From contig OZ316897.1 in the NCBI GenBank assembly GCA_973895155.1, forward strand, positions 15,871,375 through 15,935,374: DNA of 64,000 nt, in the 5' to 3' direction. A model generated the notes under the pieces. That model saw only the letters and a program-made list of their open reading frames with translations, was not told the DNA's origin and ran no database searches. The position numbers and the translations under genes were made by a program. The stretch comes from Marsupella aquatica (Eukaryota > Plantae > Marchantiophyta). This document shows positions 1 to 11,008 of this stretch, piece by piece; the stretch's first letter is position 1; every line of letters starts with the position of its first letter.

Positions 1-187
1 AATTAAAATATACTAAGACAAATAAAATAATAATTATAAGAAAGTCCATTCAATAACTTTGAGAGATCATAGAGTATTAATTTGATTGTCTTGTTCTCTC
101 ACTTTAGACAAACGCATGGAAATCAACTCGACCCTCTTAATCACAAGTCATTTGAGTGGAGACTTGTAACCTACGAGTTCTATCAAT

Positions 188-3100
188 CTACTCATCAATT
201 ATACCTTCCATGTAAATTTTGAGAGTTTTCAAAACATTCTTAGGAATTGTCAAACTTCTATCCATAATATTTTGTTCTTTAGCACCTGACTTAAACCCAT
301 ACATTGCAGAATTTGCAAACTGCCAACTTTGAGTAACATTGTCAAACCCAGGATCCAGCTCCCAAGTCTTAGTGGTTTGAAAGCAACGTTCATATCGAAC
401 ATCATCCTTTGCATCATGCATACCATGTTTAGGCCTCCACCATTGTACTTGGAACATAGGAGCATTCCTAAGAGGAATGCTCTCAACAGAGGTTGAAGAA
501 GACCCTTCAATATGTTGCAAGTCTGTTGAGGGAACCTCATGGTTTGGATCCACACCACCCAAAGCTCGAACCAACCAGAAACGCCCTTTGCCATTTTCCT
601 GTTCCCATTCATCCTCTGGACGTAAAAATACAAAGTGACCTTCTTGAATATCTTGTAGAGGAATCCAACGTGCAGGTTCTCGCTCTTGTCGTGCACCAAC
701 AAAGGGTGCAGCTTGATCTTCCATCTCTTCCATGTACTCATTTTGAAGGTCCATCATCTCTGGATTTTGAGAAGGTTCACTTGACGGCTGAGATGTCCCC
801 AAAATCATCTTGTAACCTGTGCCATGGTTAGTCTTTGGCCAAAAATCAGTTGTCAATGGCAAATGTCTTTCCCCCTCCCCTTCTATTGTAAGTTCCTCGG
901 ACAGTGCTTGCACAAGATTTGACCAGAGGAAATCTCTCTTTATATGCTCCAGAGTTCTCATCCTTACAACTTTTCTTCAAGAAATCAATATAGCGATTAA
1001 GGAATGGGATGATTTCTCCAGCCTTCTTTTGTACATCCCAGATATAGGTTTTGCAAATGGTTGGCCTTCCGGTAAAATGAGCGCATTTGTGATGGGATCA
1101 GTTCTCCAAATGGACCTCCCCATTGCCGGAAGCCAAGGTTGCTTGACATGTGCTTTATATTGATACACTGGCACATTATCCCTTATAGAGAAAAGAAATG
1201 CCACTGGTTTTGAGTGACCTTCTATCTCTTTCACCTGGAAAGTTTTCAAATACTCCTTGTAAGATGCAACCTCTTGAATCAATCGTGGTACAGGATGAAT
1301 GCTTTCACACTCCCAAACCTCAGCCATCAACCCCAAGAGGGTAGCAACCTCTTTGTATCTGACCTGTTTGGATACTTGAGAAAATAATGCATCCACGTCT
1401 TCATGGGTGTGGCCAACCATGAGGAATGACATTTGCACAGTTTCAAACACCCCCCTGCTAACAAGCTCAGTGCAAAATGCCATCACATATTGATTTTTGT
1501 TATCTTTCCCTGAATTGTCCATCTGCAACGTTAGGTGCCTTGGTAAGGGCTTGAAAGAGCCCCTAGTAGTCTCAGGATCATCCTTAGAACCAACATCCAC
1601 TGTGCTTGACTTTTTAGTCTCCTGGCCATCTTCAATGCCTTGAAATCAAACAATTGAAACATTTTTGGGTTCCAAGTAACCGGCCAGAAATGCTTCAAAG
1701 TCTAGAAGGGACTGAAATATTGGCCTAGTTGCATTCCAATTCAATCCCTCAAGAAGGTCTCCAGTTTTGTCTCCTGTGTAATCTTCCAAATCTCGGAGGC
1801 ATTTGGCCAAAGATGTCACGGTAAAGTCTGCATCTCCAGGCCAAAGTCCAGTCAAACTGAAATGTGCATACACTCCAGGATCTCTTCCATGGGTTAACAT
1901 CCCAGTAAGAGCAATAGGCAAAGGCTGACCACTACCAGAGAGGGATTTTGGAGTGGGGACCAACCTGGGGATCCAAGTCTTGGCTTGATCCATCTTATCG
2001 TGAATAATGCAAAGATAGTTTTGAGGACCCTTCTTTGCAAGAACCCTATGAGCATAGTAAACATATCTTCTTGACATTTGTTCACAAAGATGTCGCGCTC
2101 TTTTCTCTTCAATCTCTGCACGCTCTTTTTTTCTCTTCTACCGCATCAATTGATCTTTGAACTCAGTGCAAAATGTGCAATTGGCAAATGCACTTCCCTT
2201 GTGAAAGTCAAAATTATCAAATGAGTTTTTCCAGATGTTGTACATAGTAACTTCAGTAACCTTAGCAAACCCATCTAATTCCATCTTGGTAAACACCTCT
2301 TGGAAAATCTCCTTCTTAGTAAAACAAGATGGGAGCCGATATTCAATAGTGTCAGTGCCGTTGGACCCACCATAGGGAAGATGTGGCATTGGTTCCCCAT
2401 TTTGGATTAAAATGGACTCCAACAAGGAGCGAGCGTGCAAAGTGCTTGATCGTGTCTTCCGTTGTCCCTGATTTCCATGGAAACCAATTATGCAACCAGC
2501 TTCGTATTGATTTTTGTAGTCATGTAGTACTTTGTTGTACTGAACCCATGCATTTTAATAAATGCATCTTTACAAACCACACGTCCCTTTAGAGCAAAAA
2601 ATCCCTTTCTCTTGACTTGCTCCTCTCTACACCCAAAGAGACTAAAGATGTGACTTGTTTTGTTGTCACTTGACATTCCATGGTATTCCCTCCTCATTGC
2701 CTCTAAGTCCTGCCTGGGCATGTTCAAGTAACACTTTAGCTTGCAACAACCTTCTCTTTGGATGGAATCAATGGACTCCTCGTTAATTTTCAAAAGTGCC
2801 CTCGACTCCAAATGCCTTTTCTTCTTCTCCTCAAGATCAACTTTTGTCCTCCTAATGAAATTGTATGGTCTTTTTGTAGGTTTACCATCACCATCCGAAT
2901 CCAGATCGCCCTTAGTTCGACCTGACTCCATCCACTTCTCTGAAACTTCCTCAAGGATATCCCCAAGAAACCTTTGAGACGAAATCAATAGAAAGAATTT
3001 GATTTCCCACCTCACCAAGCCAGGGGTACCAACACGGATATTTGGAAATAATCCGGGTTCATTGATATTCACAACAGCAACACCAACATGATCTGCACCA

Positions 3101-3897
3101 AGAAGTTCATCGTCAACGGCACCTGTTTCAAATGGGATCGTGATAACACCTGTTGCAACCTTCCGACAATGAGAAGTGTCATACAAATCAACCTCCTCCG
3201 CCATCCAGTTGGAACGTAGTGTAAAATCTTTTAATGGAAGATCATTGAAAATATTTGAACTACCAAACACGCCAAAATCTCGTAGAGTGCCCTTTCTAGA
3301 AACATGCGCAACATCCCAGATAACCCAGGTATGCAAGGCCTCTTCTATTGTATCAGCTCCAGGGTGCGAGTATGGCAATTTTTGATTTCCCTTAACAATA
3401 TCAGATATTCTTATACTGATGCGACCAACCCCGAGTGTTTCAGTATGACAAATATCCATCGGATTTGTCTTGAAAACGACTCCATTTGCAACCAACTGAT
3501 CAAAAATGAACATTTGAACTTCATCTCCTTCCTTGAACACGTCCTCTTCAACCCTTGCATCAATTTTGGATTTATCATTTCCAGCATCTCCAGCCAAAGA
3601 GAAATCATCGACATTGATTCTTCGGCGCTGAGTTGATGACCTCAAGTATGCCAATGCACAATCCCAAATCACGTAGGAGTCAATTGCCTCAGCCAATGTA
3701 GAAAATTTGGGCGAAGGAAATGGAAGTTGACGCGATCCATCAAAACACTTTTCGATCAATACCCCAATTCGATTATCCCCTAGACAAATGTTCTGTATAG
3801 TATCCTGGGGGTCAACCTTTTGAACTATCCCAATTGCCGTTTCAAATCCATCGATCACCAATGACACTTCATCCCCTCGTGTAAAATTGATAATCAT
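188..3897 (-). pseudogene. Sola-like DDD transposase (DUF7869-type), broken into ORFs 2488-3897, 2138-2440, 1646-2077, 977-1600 and 188-961
   Basis: Collinear motifs across the fragments: FANCTFC (CxxC), IIHDKMDQAK (D1), LQMDNSGKDNKN (D2), FLMVGHTHEDVDALFS (D3). The N-terminus has three Tnp1/EnSpm-like repeats and the C-terminus a FVFLR...FWLVR...VQWW beta-barrel-like segment. Several frameshifts and stops. Confidence 0.7.
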
Positions 3898-4020
3898 AGC
3901 GGACTATCTGTATTCAAATAAAGTTAGAAATTGTTAAGTTCCCCATGTTACAATCATGTTTCAAAATCTGGACTCTCCTCCAAAAAATATTGTAAAATCA
4001 CTCAAAACCCTAAATACATT

Positions 4021-4348
4021 CAAGTCGGGTCGGAATTATTTCGACCCTCCTCCAACATTATGTCTAAAAATGATTGAATTGACTAAACATTTACAAGTCG
4101 GGTTGGAATTATTTCGACCCTCCTCCAACAATATGCCTTAAAATGATTGAATTGACTAAACATTTACAAGTTGGGTTGGAATTATTTTGACCCTCCTCCA
4201 ACAATATGTCTTAAAATGATTGAATTGACTAAACATTTACAAGTCGGGTCGGAATTATTTCGACCCTCCTCCAACAATATGTCTTAAAATGATTTAATTG
4301 ACTAAACATTGACAAGTTGGGTCGGAATTATTTCGACCCTACTCCAAC
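4021..4348. repeat. 73-bp tandem repeat, ~4.5 copies, each with an imperfect palindrome GGGTCGGAATTATTTCGACCC
   Basis: Units start at 4021, 4094, 4167, 4240 and 4313. An inverted partial copy lies near 4451-4468. Confidence 0.9.
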
Positions 4349-5515
4349 TATTAAGTTGAAATTATGTCAAAACTATTTGTGAAACTATCTTGCTTATGCT
4401 TTTATATACCAGTTTAAAATGCTAGTTAAGATGACATAGTCAGGTCGGCACGAAATAATTCCGACCCACTTCTGGAAACTATGTTAGTAATCACATAAAG
4501 GGGTACAGTAAGTTCTACACATGCTAGACTGTGGATAAAGGTCTAGAAATGAGTAAAATATATGATCTAGAACCTAATGTGTAAATCTTAATCTAGGTTT
4601 GGCTTAAAGGTATTGAATTAGATGTAGTTGAGCTAGTACTTCTAAGATAAATAAATAAAATCACTAACCTGCTCCGCAATATATCTCTGCCCACCCTTGT
4701 ACAAGCTAAATGGGTACCTTGGATGCCAGCATTGTAACTCTTAGCACCACAGTGCTCACCAGTGCCCTTACTAAACCTTGCATTCAACCATGCGGACCTA
4801 AACAAGGCACTCGGATAGAGGAGAGTCACTGATCGTACCACTCACTGTCGAAATGACAATGAACCAAAAAATGGATTGTGGGAGGTCTATACTCAGTTTG
4901 AGAGGCAAAAAGCCCACACATTACCCAGCACACAAGTGGACACCAACAGATCGGGCACGGGTGGATGAGGCACGCACCCAACACACAAGTAGACATCGGA
5001 TAGGGTGTCAGCCAATCACTCACGAGTGATAGGTGAGTTGCGAGCACACACCGCTGACAGCTCGGAAGTTTAAAATTGGTAGGTGAGTCGTGAGTGGTCG
5101 TGAGTGGTCACACCATCGGTGACTCACGATCACATGCAGCGAGGAGGGTCTCCATCATTGGCGCGCATTGATGCCTCCGTACCCTCTCAGATCCTTGCCT
5201 CCTCGGACTCCTCGCTCGCAGGGGGTATAGAAAGGCAGGCCTTGCACTTGAGGCCTCATTTCCTTGCCTCCCTCTTGCCTCCTCTCTTGTCTCCTCACTC
5301 CTTGCCTCCCTCTTGCCTCGCTCTAGGGCTTTTGTTTTTGCCTCGCTCTTGGGATTTTTTTCCGTCTCGCTCTAAGGATTTTATTTCCGCCTTGCTCCCT
5401 TCCCTTTTGGGTCGCTCCCTTGATCATTGTTTGCCTGTTAGTGCCCTCTTGCAGCCTGTGGCATTCTCCATTGCTGCCACGTGTCATCTTAAATCTTGAG
5501 CACTCGCCCCTTACA

Positions 5516-8500
5516 ATGTCTACTTCCTCCAGTTCTGAAGCTTCCACCACCTCTGCTAGTTCTCAAGAGTCATTGAACTTCAATTATAACTCTCTGTATG
5601 AATATAACCCTGAAGACCCGGATGTCCAAAAATTGGTTAACAATGCGTTGGAGGTGTCAAAGAAAGCCCAGTTAACTTTTCCACGTAAGGCACCACCTGC
5701 TTCAACTTCTTGCCTCGCCCTAAGGGCGAGGCAACTTTACTTTAATTTGGATTTCAAACATCTTATTAGGAAAATTTCTATATTCCTTTGCAGTCGCCTC
5801 GCCCCAAGGTCGAGGCGACATCTACTTCATTCTAGATTTCTTGTTGCTCCAAAGGCGTATTGGACCTTGTATCTTACATTAATAAAGGATCTTTAGCTAT
5901 ATTCTGTTTTTTGCCTCGCTCTTGGGGCGAGGCGATGTCGTCTGCATTCCTAAAATGTAGTCTGCATTCCCAGCAATTGCCTCGCCCTTGGGGCGAGGCG
6001 ATGTTATCTGCATTCCTAAATGTTGTCTGCATTCCCAGAAGTTGCCTCGCCCTTGGGGCGAGGCGATGTCCTCTACATTCCTAAATGTTGTCTGCTTTCC
6101 CAGAAGCTGCCTCGCCCTTGGGACGAGGCGATGTCCTCTACATTCCTAAATGTTGTCTGCTTTCCCAGAAGCTGCCTCGCCCTTGGGGCGAGGCGATGTC
6201 CTCTACATTCCTAAATGTTGTCTGCTTTCCCAGAAGTTGCCTCGCCCCAAGGGCGAGGCGAAGTTGTCAGCATTCCTAAATGTTGTTTTCTTGCCCAGAA
6301 GTTGCCTCGCCCTTGGGGCGAGGCGATGTCGTCTGCATTCCTAAATAATGTTTGATTGCTTGGATGAGGTGGCAGGGCTAATTGCACTAGGAGCAAAGAA
6401 GATTTTGCAATCTTCTATTTGTCGCCTCGCCCCAAGGGCGAGGCACCTTGAAAGTTTTCCACATGTCAATGTTAAAAATATGATGTTGACCATTTTGTTT
6501 TCAATGTTTCTTACCAGGAAAAAATCTTGAGAAGCCGGAGTTAAATATTATGGATGAGGATATCAAGGACTTTGTTTTCCCTGACCAAGATACTCCAGGA
6601 TTTAGATGGGCACTAGAAGTTGGGGTGTCGACGGAAGGCAGTCTCTTGATTTGTTTCAAGGGCCTCACGAGTCAATTGAATGACCGCAAGACAATTGTTA
6701 CTCTAGGTCCAGTCGTCCTTGTGAACACGGACAACAACCGCAATGCAACGATTATTGTTGAGTCCAATGAGAAATCTCAGTGGATGAGACTTCTGGTGCC
6801 AATAAAACTCTACTTGACTTTACTGAATGTTGAGTGGATGGCTCGATTGGAGATAAGCGTAGCTGATATGGGATTCTTCCCAGATGGAGTAACAATTGAT
6901 CAGATGTTTGAGAAGACGCGTTCTCAAATAAGTGGAGTTGACCTAGTGTTTGGATTTCTCTACGTAAAGAAGCACATGCATGACAATGCGGACAGTGGGG
7001 ACCCTCCGTTTACTTGGATAGTTCAAAGGATGATTGAGAAGGCACATTTTTCATACGAGCAAGCAATCGACAAGAGTTTCATTTTTTGTCCAGAGTTTCA
7101 AGAGGCCGTGTGCCGGACGTCGATTTCAGAGATGAAGAAAAAAGAAGCAAAGCATAAGGCAAAGGAGAGAAAGAAGACAGTGGAAAGAAGTGTGCAATCA
7201 AAGACAAAGAAGAAACGAAAGCTTCAAGAGCCGGTTGTTCAACAAGAGAAACAATCTAGGAGTTCACGCCGTAAGAAGATGGCTAAAAAAATGAAGATGA
7301 TGAGGGCCCCCAAAAAAAGCAGACAAAGAAGGCAAAGGTTGCGAAATCAAAACCAATGTCAGGGTCGACTTCAAACTTTGTCTTGCATCCAGAGGATGAT
7401 ATGTGTCCGACAGAAGGACCCAAAGAAGATGATGTGCTCAAAGGCCAAGAGGTTTTGCGTAATATTGAGCAGTATTATACTTTTGGCATCCGCAAAGTTT
7501 TTGATATTCTTGTAAAAAGTATTAATCCGCCATCAGCCATTTTTGTATACCGAATGTTCAATCTTTCGCATGCAATGGAGATATCAAAGTCTATGATGAA
7601 AAACCCTGGACAGGAACCACAAGTTGCTGATTTGATGCCGTATCGCGAGAGCACTAAACAGTTGCTTCATTATGACAACACACCTCAGGATAGGAAAGAG
7701 TTTTTGATTGGTGTGAAGAAGCATGAGATCCAATTCCTTGCCATCAGTGGCCAGCATTCTGCAAGAGCTGCCCAATGGATCCAAGGGTGGGCCGAGACTA
7801 ACGCCAAGCTGACAGATCTTGCCAACAAACTAAAGTATAGGAAAGCAAGGATCCTATCTGACCTCACTCCGAAGACAATTTTGGTTGAGCATTCAAGTTT
7901 ATCGAATGCTGTCAATGATACTATGCAATTTAAGTCTTGTTTTTTAGAGACTATTGTTCATGCACAAAGGCAGTTTGAGGAGTGCGGGAAACCGCCGCGT
8001 CCAGGGATTGGGACCAATCAAAATACAGACAGGAAAAACTATCAGGTACATGTTGGAGCAACGCAAACTATTCTTGATCCGCTTTGTTTAAAGATTGTCA
8101 ATGGTAGAGGTTTGCCTCGCCCCAAGGGCGAGGCTGCCTTTTCTTGTTTTCCTTGGTTAGAAGATTAAAGCAAATGTTTGCCTCGCCCTCAGGGCGAGGC
8201 AACCTAGACTAGTCTCTCTAAGAATAATTCCCTAGTTCCGTTTCAGTCAATTGCGGTTAGATGTAGAGGTTCGCCATGCCCTTGGGGCGAGGCGGCTTAG
8301 CCTATTTCAAACATAGGTATAAATTTTCTAACATATGCATTGTACCCTGAAACTAATGTCAAGTCCATTGGATGTGCAGGATTGGTTTGCCCTGGCAAAG
8401 GTTACAATGGGGAAGTCAAGCCTAAAGAGCATTTATTGGTTACTTTTTGCCGAAGATGAGCTCTTTGAATTATGGCGGAACGTGTGTGCAAAATGGTTGA

Positions 8501-10664
8501 GTGGGAAGCTCCAAGACGGGGCTGGTGGGTATGGAGGGCCAAGACCCCCAAAATTGATCACTCCCGGTACCTTTCGATGCTTTGAAGGAGAGATTAGTAG
8601 CAAACAGATAATTGAGATCTTGAAGGACGTTGAAGAGGAGCGTGTCTTGCTGAAGAAGGATATCACCAACAAATCAGAGCTTGTCGCAATGGGAGACTTG
8701 GCCCTTCCAATCAAGATAATGTCCAAATTGAAAACAGTCATTATTGGCTATTTCATGGAAAAGTATCGTGAGAAGTTTCCTGTTGGCACATCTTGGGAGT
8801 CTCTGGTGATATTGTTGCCTTCCTTGAAATCTGAGCTTGAGATGACAAAATTGAGGAGAGCAGCGGATGAGGTTTACCTCAACAATTCATTGAAGAAGAA
8901 TGTGGTCAAGGAGAGTTTCCCACAAAGTCTGATGGTCAGACTAGATGGGTTGTATTGTAAAGAATTTGGTGGGATTGGTCATTCTTGCACGGAGCCTTTC
9001 TTGACATTTTTTAGTGATAATTTGATGAAGACGATCGTGCCGGAAATGCTACAAGAGCCTTCGCCTTTGTGTCCTCTTGCCATTGTTGACTTCAGTAGGC
9101 TCCGACAACATGTTTGGACCGATGCTGAAATTATTGCATTACTGCAATACATTGTGGATCTTCCAAGAAATCCAACAATTGTTGTTGTCATGACTGTGCA
9201 TCTGGGGCCAGTTGTTGCAAATATTTTGAGTGCCCTTAGGAAATTGCAACATGAAAAGGGAATGGACATCCACGTTGACTACGGGAGCTATCGACGGAGT
9301 GATACACTAGTTCTAGAGGACTTACTTTTCAGTTGTGGTATGGAGGAGATAATCTTTGTAGGAATCACCATTGAGGAGAAATTTGATTGGAAGCAAGTGT
9401 TCAGGCCTGGATTTAATTGCCAATTTTCTTACAATTCGGCGATCGACCCTGATTTCCAAGTGGAAGACAAGATGGAGAAGCGAGATAAGAATAAGAGTAA
9501 GACAAGTAAGGAGACAGAGACTGAGTCAACTTCGGCATTTCAAATTGGAGATTTCTTACGAAAGGCTCCCATGTTTGAGATGGTGGGAAGTAGAGGTGGC
9601 TTTGTGAATATTCACGCTAAGCCAAAATGTATGCTGCAGAGTATTATTGAATTTTTTTCGGCTATACTGAAGGGGAGACTATACTTGACTTTTTCTCGGG
9701 AGGACAGGTTATGAAGGTGTCATTGTTGTGTTTCAGAGAATGCTTTGCGTATTCAGACACTGAGGATGAATATGATTTCACTCAGGCATATGGAAGGGTT
9801 CTCTGCGAGAAAGTTCCTTCCATAATGAGTGACCGAATGGGCGGTTCCAAATTTGGTAGAGCCCGCGATGGGGTTTCCGAGCATGTTGGTGCCAAAGAAG
9901 GCGTAGACCAGGGCGAAGATGATATTGAGGAAGGAGAATTGGGTCACGACACAGACAACAGGGTCACCCAAAATTTGGATGAACGTGGAACACAAGTGGT
10001 AGGTATTCCCTACTTTGGTGTGGGGTTGGCCGATGTTGTGGGTCGACCTGAGGGCGACCCACCAAGAAATCCCTTTGTCGGTGTAGAGAATTGGATGCAC
10101 CAATCGGACCCAGATCTTACATCGTCCACATCAGACGCACATTGGAAGGCAACCGCAGATGGTCTAGGCAATATTGACGCAGTAGAATTGGGAGAAATGT
10201 CAGACATTGCGCTTGCAAAGGAGGATGATCGTCAAGTACCTGAGACCGCTGCAAATGAAGAAGAGAAGGCAGGTGCTTCAAATCCTCCCTTGTCTCCCCT
10301 ATATTGCTCATTAGAGACTAAATTGGTTTTTACAAGTGCTTCTACAGGAAGCCCCGTAGTATTATCATTTTCACAAAATTTTGGATCCGAGATTGGCAGG
10401 ACTGGATATATGAAAACAGTCCGTCCTGCAACTCATTTTATATGGAGAAATGGACCAAAGGTTGGAATGATAGAATCACTAGATGATGCTCCAAAGATAA
10501 TGGCAAAATCAGATTACAAAAAACTGAACTTGAGACTGAGCCCAGTTTTTGCACCCCCATCCTTTGAAGAGCAACTTCCCAGTGGTATCAATTCCGAGAT
10601 ACAGAGTGTTCTAGGTGATCAATCAATAGATGAATTTGGGCATTTTAGCATTGGAAATTATTAG
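5516..10664 (+). pseudogene. Spliced cargo gene: ParB/Srx-like domain plus beta-class N4C/N6A DNA methyltransferase-like domain; two homopolymer frameshifts
   Basis: ATG at 5516. GT-AG introns 5685-6517 and 8046-8379 both rejoin in frame. ParB-like motifs VYRMFNLSHAMEI and FLAISGQHSARAA. MTase-like NIHAKPKCMLQSIIEFF/(frameshift)GYTEGETILDFFSGGQVMKVSLLCFRECFAY. Frameshifts near the A-run ~7285-7291 and the T-run ~9652-9658. Confidence 0.6.
5911..6345. repeat. 65-bp tandem array (7 copies) built on the palindrome GCCTCGCCCTTGGGGCGAGGC
   Basis: Units start at about 5911, 5977, 6042, 6107, 6172, 6237 and 6302. Dispersed single palindromes lie at about 5710, 5794, 6422, 8112, 8178 and 8271. Confidence 0.95.
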
Positions 10665-11008
10665 CCATTTCTTTGGTTCTTGGTATTTTAATGACAATCT
10701 AAGCTTTATCTTTGTAATAATATACTTTTTTACAGGCCAAAGTTCCGTCGTAGAATCTCCTTCCTCAAAAGATTTTGTTGGCATTCCCTCGGAAAGCGTT
10801 GCTGTGGAGGAAGGGTTTGACCCATGTATACTTTGGATCTAAAAAATGGCAAGTGAATGTAATTAATGTTTTTCTAGGAGGGTCGCCCCAGGGTCGTTCC
10901 TCTCTACTTCAAATGCTATAACAAAGTTTGTTTGATTTCAAATTTTGAGAGTTTTCCTCCGTAGTAATTGTTTAAACTTTGAGTCGCATTGACTAAGGGC
11001 TTATTTTA

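Noticed and set aside
4021-4348. CRISPR-like array
   Set aside because: The whole 73-bp unit is repeated, with no variable spacers.
5911-6345. CRISPR-like array (palindromic repeat with regular spacing)
   Set aside because: The intervening sequences are near-identical rather than unique spacers, there are no cas genes, and the context is a eukaryotic intron.
5860-6530. Short overlapping ORFs with repeated peptides
   Set aside because: Translations of the 65-bp intronic array.
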